A DNA stretch of 64,000 nt from an uncultured Oligoflexia bacterium (GTDB lineage: Bacteria; Bdellovibrionota; UBA1018; UBA6935), in the NCBI GenBank assembly GCA_964013565.1, contig CAXGWU010000001.1, positions 93,601 to 157,600 of the forward strand, in the 5' to 3' direction. The notes below the pieces were generated by a model. The model had not been told where the DNA came from. It worked only from the letters and a program-made list of their open reading frames with translations, and ran no database searches. This document shows, piece by piece, positions 18,465 through 26,709 of this stretch; the stretch's first letter is position 1; every line of letters starts with the position of its first letter. Position numbers and translations under genes: made by a program.

Positions 18465-19850
18465 TTATTTAATCTTTCTGCGTATAAATAACGTTTTACA
18501 AAGTGGAGTCTTTTTTTCTCCTGAAAATACAGACTGTAAAGTTTCCGAAATTTCAAAACCTAAATTTAAAACTGATATATCTGGCTGAGTAATGTTAAAT
18601 GAATTCGTCACAACCATGAGATCAATGTCTGGCGAGTCAATTGCTTTTTGAGCGTTTCCTGCAAGATGGCTAACAACACCAAATATCTTATTTGCACCAT
18701 GCTTTTTAAGAAACTCTGCTGACTCGGCAAGTGTTCCTCCAGAGGCAGTTTCGTCATCAACAATCGCTACAGTATGCCCTTTTACAGAGTCTCCACTAAT
18801 CCCGAGAATACGAGTCTCTCCAGTGAGAGGATTTCTTTTCTTATTGATAATTGCGAGGGGTAGGTGAAGTTCTTCTGCATATAAAGTAGCATCTTTTTGA
18901 AAACCAGCGTCAGGAGAAACGATAATAGAAACTCCCAGTTTCTTGAGTTCTTTATTGATTGTTTCTCTTCCGTTGATTTCAAAAACAGGGATAGAAAAAA
19001 AACCTACACTCTGAGGTGCATGCGGTCTTACAATTGTTATTGTTTTTACTCCTAGTCCCTCAATGAGGTCAGCAGTGAGTCTTCCTGTTACAGTAATTCC
19101 AAATTGATCTATCTTATCTGATCGAGCATAAGGAAGGTAGGGAGAGATCAGGTGAACTTGTTGCCACTTTGATTGAGTGCTATATATTTTATGTAAAGTA
19201 TCAAAAAATGATTTGTTTATTGGAGACTCAAGAGAAGATACATAAAATATATTGTATCCAGAGAGCTTTTTATTGTTGGGGTTCCATTCAGATTCTTGAA
19301 TGACTGGGATATTGAGTTGTTTTGATAAGGTGTCTCTCAATGAAGGGTTTGTGTCTCCTACAATTGCAAACTTTTTTTTAAAATTTTTTGTTTTTGTTTG
19401 ATATTCTGGAAAGTCATAATCTTGGTTTGCAATACGGTAAGATTCCGCCCCCGAAATTTTGAAAAGTTTTAATACAAAAGTTGAAGGTAAGGATTCAGAT
19501 TCAAAATGAACGGATATTGATAAGGCACCCATTGTTTTAGCGGTGCGAACTTTAATGAGAGCTTCCATAAGAAGGTCATCATGATCTTCAATGTTGTTTG
19601 GAATATACAGAGTTAGTTTCTGATTGATAGGATTTTTTAAAAATCGAACAAAAGTATTTCCGTTGCTAAACTCCGTTGTTTTTGTCGGAAGAATTTTACT
19701 TTCAATAGTTTCAGAATACGATTGAGTCTTTGCCTCATATCCACGAATTCCAACAAGCCATGGCTTTTTAGAAGCGATACAAACATTTGAAAAGCTAAAG
19801 CTTAAAAGAAATAAAAGTCCAAATTGTATTTTTTTTTGTGCCCCACCCAT
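18465..19850 (-). CDS. ribose-phosphate pyrophosphokinase (PRPP synthetase) homologue with signal peptide and an extra degenerate N-half
   Basis: Prs motifs LISPYLPYARSDK, SPDAGF, the flexible loop KKRNPLTGETRILGISGDSVKGH, the PRPP loop VAIVDDETASGGTL, and VVTNS. The N-terminus MGGAQKKIQFGLLFLLSFSFSNVCIA looks like a signal peptide. Residues ~50-150 repeat the Prs N-half (FSNGNTFVRF..DDLLMEALIKV). C-terminal LCKTLF. Confidence 0.7.
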   Translation of the reverse strand: MGGAQKKIQFGLLFLLSFSFSNVCIASKKPWLVGIRGYEAKTQSYSETIESKILPTKTTEFSNGNTFVRFLKNPINQKLTLYIPNNIEDHDDLLMEALIKVRTAKTMGALSISVHFESESLPSTFVLKLFKISGAESYRIANQDYDFPEYQTKTKNFKKKFAIVGDTNPSLRDTLSKQLNIPVIQESEWNPNNKKLSGYNIFYVSSLESPINKSFFDTLHKIYSTQSKWQQVHLISPYLPYARSDKIDQFGITVTGRLTADLIEGLGVKTITIVRPHAPQSVGFFSIPVFEINGRETINKELKKLGVSIIVSPDAGFQKDATLYAEELHLPLAIINKKRNPLTGETRILGISGDSVKGHTVAIVDDETASGGTLAESAEFLKKHGANKIFGVVSHLAGNAQKAIDSPDIDLMVVTNSFNITQPDISVLNLGFEISETLQSVFSGEKKTPLCKTLFIRRKIK

Positions 19851-20214
19851 TAATACTTTTGATCCTTTCTTATGTGTTTCTAGGAGTCCTTAGAATTCGA
19901 ATTGCAATGTGTCAATCTGTATGGTTAAAAAAATTATAAGAAGAATTTGCTTTTTATAATTAAAACCAACTTAGATTGTTGTTTATGAATAGATTGATTT
20001 AATGAGATTTCTTTATAGATAACCGGTTATTTGATTTTAAAATCGGTTTGTTAATGCCTATTTTGTTGTTTAGAAGAATCCAATGATAAATTAATGCATA
20101 TTGCTAATCTAAATGGATGGAAGTTCTACAGTTTAATGAATAAAGACGAAGGATCTAAAGTTTATGAATGTGTCTGCCTTGTTCTAAATGAGGATCATGC
20201 TAGAGTACCATGCG

Positions 20215-21009
20215 ATGAAAAATTATCTCGAATTGATGGAAAAGGTTTTGGTAGAGGGGACTCATAAAGAAGATCGGACAGGAACTGGAACAATAAGCTT
20301 ATTTGGCCATCAGATGCGATTTGACCTCGAAGAAGGTTTTCCTTTGGTGACGACAAAAAAAGCTCATCTTAAGTCGATCATTTATGAACTTCTTTGGTTT
20401 TTAAGAGGTGAAGGGAATATTCAATATTTAAAAGATCACAAAGTCACCATCTGGGATGAGTGGGCGGATCAAAAAGGTGATTTAGGGCCAGTCTACGGTG
20501 TTCAGTGGCGTTCCTGGCCAAAGCCGGATGGTCAGGTTGTTGATCAAATTTCTACAGTGGTTAATCAAATAAAAACAAACCCGGATTCTCGGAGATTAAT
20601 TGTCAGTGCGTGGAATGTAGGAATGCTTGATAAAATGGCTCTTCCTCCATGTCATGCTTTTTTTCAATTTTATGTCGCAGAAGGAAAGCTTTCTTGCCAG
20701 CTTTATCAAAGAAGTGCGGACTTGTTTTTGGGGGTTCCTTTTAATATTGCCAGTTACAGCTTACTCGTGTTGATGATGGCTCAGGTTTGTGGATTAAAGC
20801 CAGGGAGTTTTGTACATACTTTTGGAGATGTACATCTTTATACGAATCATTTAGAGCAAGCAAAAACTCAGCTCTCTCGAATTCCAAGAAAAAAACCTCT
20901 GATGAAACTAAATCCTGAAGTCAAAAATATTTTTGACTTTAAGTATGAGGATTTTGAATTGGTTGATTATGATCCGTATCCTGCAATCAAAGCACCGGTA
21001 GCAGTATGA
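20215..21009 (+). CDS. thyA: thymidylate synthase ThyA
   Basis: From [26 protein letters not shown] the protein is collinear with E. coli ThyA (264 aa). Active-site PPCH. Confidence 0.95.
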   Translation: MKNYLELMEKVLVEGTHKEDRTGTGTISLFGHQMRFDLEEGFPLVTTKKAHLKSIIYELLWFLRGEGNIQYLKDHKVTIWDEWADQKGDLGPVYGVQWRSWPKPDGQVVDQISTVVNQIKTNPDSRRLIVSAWNVGMLDKMALPPCHAFFQFYVAEGKLSCQLYQRSADLFLGVPFNIASYSLLVLMMAQVCGLKPGSFVHTFGDVHLYTNHLEQAKTQLSRIPRKKPLMKLNPEVKNIFDFKYEDFELVDYDPYPAIKAPVAV

Positions 21010-21482
21010 TTTCATTAATTGCTGCAATGGCGGAAAACCGGGTGATCGGCAAAGATGGAACGCTTCCTTGGAATATCCCTAGTGAAATGAAGTATTTTAG
21101 GGAAACAACTTCTGGATGTCCGATCATCATGGGAAGAAAAACGTTGGAAGAGTTAGGTGGAAAGCCCCTACCTAAAAGACGTAATATTGTAATCACTAGA
21201 AATAGAGATCTAGTTGTAGACTCTCGGATTGAGGTTTTTCATTCTCTTAAGGAAGCGATTGAAAATATTTCCTCTCAGATAGAAGTTTTTGTCATTGGTG
21301 GTGCTCAAATGTATAAGGAAGCTCTTCCATACTGTGATCGAATTTATTTAACTTCTATTCATGAGACTTACGAGGGAGATACTTATTTTCCTGAATTTAA
21401 CGAAGAGAGTTATGAGATTATTCGTGAAACATTTGTTGAAGAAGATCCTTCTTATACGATTCGAGTCTACCAAAAAAAATAG
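21006..21482 (+). CDS. folA: dihydrofolate reductase
   Basis: [39 protein letters not shown] overlap with thyA. Confidence 0.92.
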   Translation: MISLIAAMAENRVIGKDGTLPWNIPSEMKYFRETTSGCPIIMGRKTLEELGGKPLPKRRNIVITRNRDLVVDSRIEVFHSLKEAIENISSQIEVFVIGGAQMYKEALPYCDRIYLTSIHETYEGDTYFPEFNEESYEIIRETFVEEDPSYTIRVYQKK

Positions 21483-21621
21483 TTCTCGTTTTATTCTGCA
21501 GACATTTGTAAACACATTTTTATGAATAGTCATTCATTTATGATGAATGGCTTGACGAAAAACGTATTTTTAGTTCTGATTTGGATGAATAAGTATAGAA
21601 TTAAAAGTGGGGGCATTGTTA

Positions 21622-22719
21622 ATGCGATTTCTTCTTATCGTATCTTTTTTATTTTTAAGTCAAAATAGTTTTGCTCATCCGATGATGATTCGTCATGGGT
21701 ATACGACCTGTGTGACTTGTCATCGATCTCCACTGGGTGGATCTTTGTTGACTGATTACGGAAAAGGAATTGCAGCATCTCTTTCGATCTCTCCTTCAGA
21801 ATATGATCCTGAAGAAAAGAGTTCATTTGAAAAAACGCTTACACTAAATGGTCGCATTCAGCATGGGCTCCAGTTTCGTGGTGTAGTTTTAGATAAGAAT
21901 GGTGAATGGTCGGCCTTTCCGATGCAACTTGATTATTTAAATTTTATTGATTTTGGAAAAGGACATGGTTTTCAGTTCGAAGTAGGGCGAACTCCAAATC
22001 GAAGTGATGGGACTCGTTCTTTTTTAAATACGCTTTTATTGAGACGAGCGGTTTACTCTTATCGTTGGAAAAAGAAGAAAAGAGGAGATCAAATTACTAT
22101 TGGTAGAGACTACCTTCCTTATGGAATTAGAATCGATGATCATCGTGCCTATATTCGATTTAGAAATCGACAGGATGTCAGTGATGTCGTTTCCACAATT
22201 AGATATGATTTTTGGAGAGAGAATGATCAATCTACCTTTTTTTTAGGGGCACCGAGTGGACAAGAAGTATCTCAAAATGGAGAGTGGTCTTTAGGGGGAA
22301 GATATGAGTATTATTTAGATTCTCACTTTTCTCTTGGGGGAATTGGTCTTTTTGCTCACTCAGAAGTATTAAATAGAACTCTGCTGGGTTTATTTTCTCG
22401 CTATGGAAATGAACAATATGGAGTTCTTTCCGAATATGATTTTAATTTTAGAAATATTTTAAATCGATCAGATGAATCTTTTTTTCAGCATTCGTTTTAT
22501 CTCAGGCCATTTTATTATCCAGTTGAATTTTTGGAAATCGCTTTTATTGGAGAACTTCTTTATGTTCAAAGTCCTTTTTTGGAGTTTAATAAGCGACTTG
22601 GTCTGGGGTTAGATTTGAAAATTTTAAGAAATCTAACTTTTAAAACAGACTTTAGGAAGGCGTGGAATCAATCTCTTTCTGAAGATTTATTGATGGCACA
22701 ATTGTTTTTGAATTTTTAG
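21622..22719 (+). CDS. predicted outer-membrane beta-barrel protein with an N-terminal CxxCH heme-binding motif
   Basis: Signal peptide MRFLLIVSFLFLSQNSFA, then HGYTTCVTCHRSPLGG. The rest shows alternating hydrophobic beta-strand patterns rich in G/Y/R/D. Ends in LFLNF, a terminal Phe typical of an OMP beta-signal. Confidence 0.45.
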   Translation: MRFLLIVSFLFLSQNSFAHPMMIRHGYTTCVTCHRSPLGGSLLTDYGKGIAASLSISPSEYDPEEKSSFEKTLTLNGRIQHGLQFRGVVLDKNGEWSAFPMQLDYLNFIDFGKGHGFQFEVGRTPNRSDGTRSFLNTLLLRRAVYSYRWKKKKRGDQITIGRDYLPYGIRIDDHRAYIRFRNRQDVSDVVSTIRYDFWRENDQSTFFLGAPSGQEVSQNGEWSLGGRYEYYLDSHFSLGGIGLFAHSEVLNRTLLGLFSRYGNEQYGVLSEYDFNFRNILNRSDESFFQHSFYLRPFYYPVEFLEIAFIGELLYVQSPFLEFNKRLGLGLDLKILRNLTFKTDFRKAWNQSLSEDLLMAQLFLNF

Positions 22720-22728
22720 GAGGAATTT

Positions 22729-23403
22729 ATGAAGAAGTTTTCTTTATTGCTTTTTTTATTCGTTGGAGCTTGTGCCAAAACGGGAACGGATGAAGCGTCT
22801 CAGTTTGGAGGACCTTCACAATCAGAATTATTGAATCGTCTGAAAGAAGTTTCCGCATATGAGAGAGTTCAAATGATTGTTCAGGAGAAATGTATTAATT
22901 GTCACACGGGATTTCATCGATCGTGGGCAAAGAATTTGCAAAAATCAATTTCAAAACGAATCAAGCCAGGAGATCCTATTCGATCCTCTCTTTATTGCAG
23001 AACAGACCCCAATTGTTCTCGGCGGTCGTTAATGCCTCTTAATTCAAGTCCTCTCAGTGATATTGAGAGGACTTATATTCGAGATTATATTTTGAGTTTA
23101 GAACAAACAGATCCAGATCCCGTTCCTCCTCCGGTTCTTAAGAAGGTGAGTTTTGTCGATTTGAAAAAAACGGTCTTAGATGTGAGTTGCGCTAAATGTC
23201 ACGGAGATCCAAGTCAAAATACAGAGGGTTTTGACCCTCCTCTTTATACTTATGATCAGGTAAAAGAGAAAATTGAGCTTGTGATCGACCGAGTTCAAAC
23301 GGCTAAAGACATGCCTCCAGAGTGGGATGATGAAGCTGTTTTCCCTTCGGAAAAACAGAGAAGTCTTTTCTTTCAATGGAAAGAGGGAGGATTTCTTCCT
23401 TAA
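22729..23403 (+). CDS. lipoprotein with two planctomycete-type cytochrome c (PSCyt1-like) heme domains
   Basis: Lipobox LFVGAC. Heme motifs CINCH and CAKCH, each followed by a PG/MP..W pattern (IKPGDPIRSSL..LMPL..DYI and DMPPEW..FFQW). Confidence 0.55.
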   Translation: MKKFSLLLFLFVGACAKTGTDEASQFGGPSQSELLNRLKEVSAYERVQMIVQEKCINCHTGFHRSWAKNLQKSISKRIKPGDPIRSSLYCRTDPNCSRRSLMPLNSSPLSDIERTYIRDYILSLEQTDPDPVPPPVLKKVSFVDLKKTVLDVSCAKCHGDPSQNTEGFDPPLYTYDQVKEKIELVIDRVQTAKDMPPEWDDEAVFPSEKQRSLFFQWKEGGFLP

Positions 23404-23479
23404 GTCATCTCTTTGACGTTATTGAGCTCGGCTTAATTTTCCTACTTTCTGTATGAAAAAACGTAGTTATAATTGAGGG

Positions 23480-24451
23480 ATGTCATTGCGAATTAAAATT
23501 TGGGGAGCGCGTGGCTCCCTCCCTACACCCCATCTTCCTTCTGAGTTAAATCAACGATTTACTCATTTGATGCATGACTTTTTCGAGTCCGGATACAAAA
23601 AGAAAAGTGATGTTCAAACTTTTTTAGAAGGACTTCCTCTTTATAAGTTAGGCGGCTATGGAGGAAACTCTCCTTGTATTGAAGTAAATAGTGATCGCGA
23701 TCAAATGATTATTGATGGTGGAAGTGGTATTCGGCTTTTAGGATATCAACTGATGAATGGACCCTGCGGTAAAGGAAAAGGAGAGGTTCATCTTTTCTTT
23801 ACTCACTTTCACTGGGATCATCTCATTGGCCTTCCTTTTTTTACCCCTCTTTTTATACCTGGGAATAAAATTCATGTTTATTCGGTTCAGAAAGATTTGC
23901 CTGAAGTTTTTCAAACCATTTTCAAAAAACCGTATTTTCCAGTTTCAATTGATAGTTTAGAAGCGGATATTATTTATCATCAGTTAGAGCCACGAAAACC
24001 TCTTAAGTTTGGGGATATGGTGATTACTCCTTATCAGCTAGATCACCCAGATCCATGTTGGGGGTACCGAGTTGAAAGTGGAGGAAAAGTCTATTCTCAT
24101 TGTGTTGATACTGAAGCGACTCGCATTTCAGAAAAAGAATTGGGTCTTGACCTCCCTCTTTATCAAAATGTTGATTTGATGTTGTTTGATGCTCAGTATA
24201 CGTTGATGGAGACGATCGAAAAAATCAATTGGGGTCATGCTACGGCTTCGATTGGACTTGATATTGCTATTCGAGAAAAAATCAAAAAAGTTCTTTTCAT
24301 GCATCATGATCCAGCTTCTTCAGATGAAAAAATAGCAGCTGCTGAAGCAGAAGCCAGAAGATATTATCAAATTCAGAAAAAAGCTGAAGAATCAGGTTTT
24401 TTTGAGGTGGATTGGTCTTTTGCATTTGAAGGCCAAGAGATTGAGTTGTAG
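23480..24451 (+). CDS. MBL-fold metallo-hydrolase
   Basis: FTHFHWDH (HxHxDH) motif, downstream DHPD and MHHD metal ligands. Confidence 0.8.
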   Translation: MSLRIKIWGARGSLPTPHLPSELNQRFTHLMHDFFESGYKKKSDVQTFLEGLPLYKLGGYGGNSPCIEVNSDRDQMIIDGGSGIRLLGYQLMNGPCGKGKGEVHLFFTHFHWDHLIGLPFFTPLFIPGNKIHVYSVQKDLPEVFQTIFKKPYFPVSIDSLEADIIYHQLEPRKPLKFGDMVITPYQLDHPDPCWGYRVESGGKVYSHCVDTEATRISEKELGLDLPLYQNVDLMLFDAQYTLMETIEKINWGHATASIGLDIAIREKIKKVLFMHHDPASSDEKIAAAEAEARRYYQIQKKAEESGFFEVDWSFAFEGQEIEL

Positions 24452-24462
24452 AAAGAAGGACA

Positions 24463-24771
24463 ATGAGTTCAGATGACTATTTTTTCTTAAGTCCAGAAGA
24501 CACAGATCCAGCTCGGATAAAAAAAGAACGAGAAAAAGCAAAAAAATTAAAGAAAACACAGTGGTGGCAGAATCAACTGAATCAAGGAGTTTGCCATTAT
24601 TGCGAAAAATCCTTTTCTGCTCAGCAGTTGACGATGGATCATGTCGTTCCACTCGCTCGAGGGGGGACGAGTTCAAAGGGGAATATCGTTCCTTGTTGTC
24701 GGGAGTGTAATCAAAAAAAGAAATTAGGAATTCCGGCCGAAGATTTGTTAAAAAATATACAAGATGAATAA
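24463..24771 (+). CDS. HNH endonuclease (small, McrA-like)
   Basis: CHYCEK..DHVVPLARGG..NIVPCCRECNQKK. Confidence 0.85.
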   Translation: MSSDDYFFLSPEDTDPARIKKEREKAKKLKKTQWWQNQLNQGVCHYCEKSFSAQQLTMDHVVPLARGGTSSKGNIVPCCRECNQKKKLGIPAEDLLKNIQDE

Positions 24772-25810
24772 GTTAATCCCTCTTTTTTTATTCTTAGGAA
24801 CGACTCTTTTATTTGCAGGGGGAGAGCAAATTGAGTTTTGTCCCGCATGTGGACCAGAGTCTGAATATATTGTTTATCCTGACGAAGGCCTTACCTTAAA
24901 CTTTTGTGCAAAATGGGATCCTGACTTTGCGTTTCGAGGAGGAAGATGTTGCGGAAAAATTCCTTGGAAATACCGAAGAAGAAGGATTCGGTGTAATCCT
25001 GCGAGGGCAAAAAGATCATTTTGTGATGAACAGACTCAAGAGCAAATGAATTACATTCGGTCTGTAAAAACAGGAAAAATTAAAGATATTTTAGCACATT
25101 TACTCATTGAGTCTGGAAAACGAGGTCCTCAGGCTTATTGTAAAGTGAATCAAGGGTTTTTGGCTTGGGGAAGGCCGATCGTCTCAACAGAAGAAAATCG
25201 ACTGATTGTTCGTAGAGAGCATCGTTGTGTACATTTTGGTACAGATCGCATGGTTGGAATGCTTGAATGGGTTGGAAGAGAAATTTCGAAAACTTACTTT
25301 TCAGTTTCAGAAAAAGGAATCAAGCTTTTAGTTGGTGATATTTCAGCGCCTCGCGGAGGCTGTCTTTTTGGCCGAGGAGGAAGGAGAGGTCATGCTTCTC
25401 ATATGACAGGGCAAGATGTGGACATCGGATTTTTACATGCAAACAAAGATCGAAAATCGCCTCTTTCCTTTTCAAGAAAATTTGATCCTGAGGCGAATTG
25501 GTGGTTAATAAAGAAATTTTTTCAAAACCCTTTTGCCTGTATTAAAGTAATTTTTATTGATCGAAGGTTGAAAAGAAGATTAAAACGAGTTGCTCAATCA
25601 GATCCGCTGTGGCCAAAAGTTTCTCGGTATTTGAGGCATGTGAGAAGTCATCGCAATCACATGCATGTGCGGATTGGGGATCGAGTGGGGGAGCCAGGGT
25701 GTGGGACTCCTGTTGATATTGAATATGAAGAAAGGTTCTTTGAGGATTTAAGAAAAGAGCTTTTAAAAGAGGGGAATGAGCTTGAAGAAGAAGAGTTTGA
25801 TCAAGACTGA
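24764..25810 (+). CDS. mepA: penicillin-insensitive murein endopeptidase (MepA/M74-like), secreted
   Basis: Signal peptide. HASHMTGQDVDI and HRNHMHVRI zinc-ligand blocks typical of MepA. Acidic tail. Confidence 0.75.
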   Translation: MNKLIPLFLFLGTTLLFAGGEQIEFCPACGPESEYIVYPDEGLTLNFCAKWDPDFAFRGGRCCGKIPWKYRRRRIRCNPARAKRSFCDEQTQEQMNYIRSVKTGKIKDILAHLLIESGKRGPQAYCKVNQGFLAWGRPIVSTEENRLIVRREHRCVHFGTDRMVGMLEWVGREISKTYFSVSEKGIKLLVGDISAPRGGCLFGRGGRRGHASHMTGQDVDIGFLHANKDRKSPLSFSRKFDPEANWWLIKKFFQNPFACIKVIFIDRRLKRRLKRVAQSDPLWPKVSRYLRHVRSHRNHMHVRIGDRVGEPGCGTPVDIEYEERFFEDLRKELLKEGNELEEEEFDQD

Positions 25811-26595
25811 GGAAGTTTTGGTTGAGATCGAGTTGCTCGTTGTCCTTGCATCACTGGAGCAATTGGATGAAGAGAAATAGGCTTCAATGCTTCCCGACGA
25901 TATCCTTTTGAAGTGCGAGTGATTCTTACGAGCTCCTGTGTTTTTCTCATCGGATCTTTTGCGACGGGCATAATCAGCCTTCCTCCCACTCGAAGTTGTT
26001 CTATGAGTGGACGAGGAATATGATCGGGAGCTGCGGATAAAATGATGACATCAAAAGGTGCATTACCTTTCCAACCCGCATATCCGTCTCCTGTTTTTGA
26101 TATAATATTCTGGTACCCTAGTTTTTGAAAAACTTTTTGAGCTGACTGGGCAAGTTGAGGAACAATTTCAATCGTAAAAACTTTTTGGGCTAATTTTCCA
26201 AGAACAGCAACGTGATATCCAGAACCAGTTCCCACATTGAGCACATGATCCGTTGGTTTAATTTTTGCTGAATCTGTTAAAAAAGCAACTAGATAAGGAT
26301 TTGCAACGGTTTGTCCAAAGCCAATAGGGATCGGAGTATCGTAATAAGCAAACTCCTGTCGAGCTTTTGGGACAAATTGTTCGCGGGGGACTTGTTTCAT
26401 TGCCCGAATGAGTTTTGGGTTGTGAATTCCTCGTCCGACTACTTGGGATCGAATCATGCGATTTCGAATGGTTTGCATGGGGTCAGAAGGAGCGGGGCGA
26501 GCCTCGCTGATTGATGTAAATCCCATGAATATTAAAAAAAAGAAAAGTCCCCGGTCCATTGATTTCTGGATAACTTTTTTCTTTGCATGTGGCAA
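25801..26595 (-). CDS. pcm: protein-L-isoaspartate O-methyltransferase, with a possible signal-peptide-like N-extension
   Basis: VPREQFVP, VLNVGTGSGYHVAVL (SAM motif I), GGRLIMPV. The alternative start at 26478 (MQTIRNRM) would give a canonical-length cytoplasmic Pcm. Confidence 0.85.
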   Translation of the reverse strand: MPHAKKKVIQKSMDRGLFFFLIFMGFTSISEARPAPSDPMQTIRNRMIRSQVVGRGIHNPKLIRAMKQVPREQFVPKARQEFAYYDTPIPIGFGQTVANPYLVAFLTDSAKIKPTDHVLNVGTGSGYHVAVLGKLAQKVFTIEIVPQLAQSAQKVFQKLGYQNIISKTGDGYAGWKGNAPFDVIILSAAPDHIPRPLIEQLRVGGRLIMPVAKDPMRKTQELVRITRTSKGYRREALKPISLHPIAPVMQGQRATRSQPKLPQS

Positions 26596-26709
26596 TTGTT
26601 AAAAGAAGGCTTGGTTTTTATTTGATTTTAAAAATATCTGATGAAATTTGTTTTTTTTAAAAATTAACTTCATTGTTTAAAAAAGACTCATTGTGTTACC
26701 TTTGTGCTC

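Noticed and set aside
18464-18556. A 31-codon N-terminal extension of 16931-18556, overlapping the 3-prime end of the Prs-like gene.
   Set aside because: The internal Met at 18463 starts a clear signal peptide and abuts the upstream stop codon (1-nt gap). This matches the tight coupling seen in the rest of the operon.
20188-20214. A 9-codon extension at the thyA start (MRIMLEYHA).
   Set aside because: ThyA homology and the expected length (264 aa) begin at [12 protein letters not shown] (20215).
24463-24771. HNH endonuclease as part of a restriction or defence system.
   Set aside because: There is no adjacent methyltransferase, helicase, ATPase or other defence-associated partner. The neighbours are an MBL hydrolase and a murein endopeptidase.
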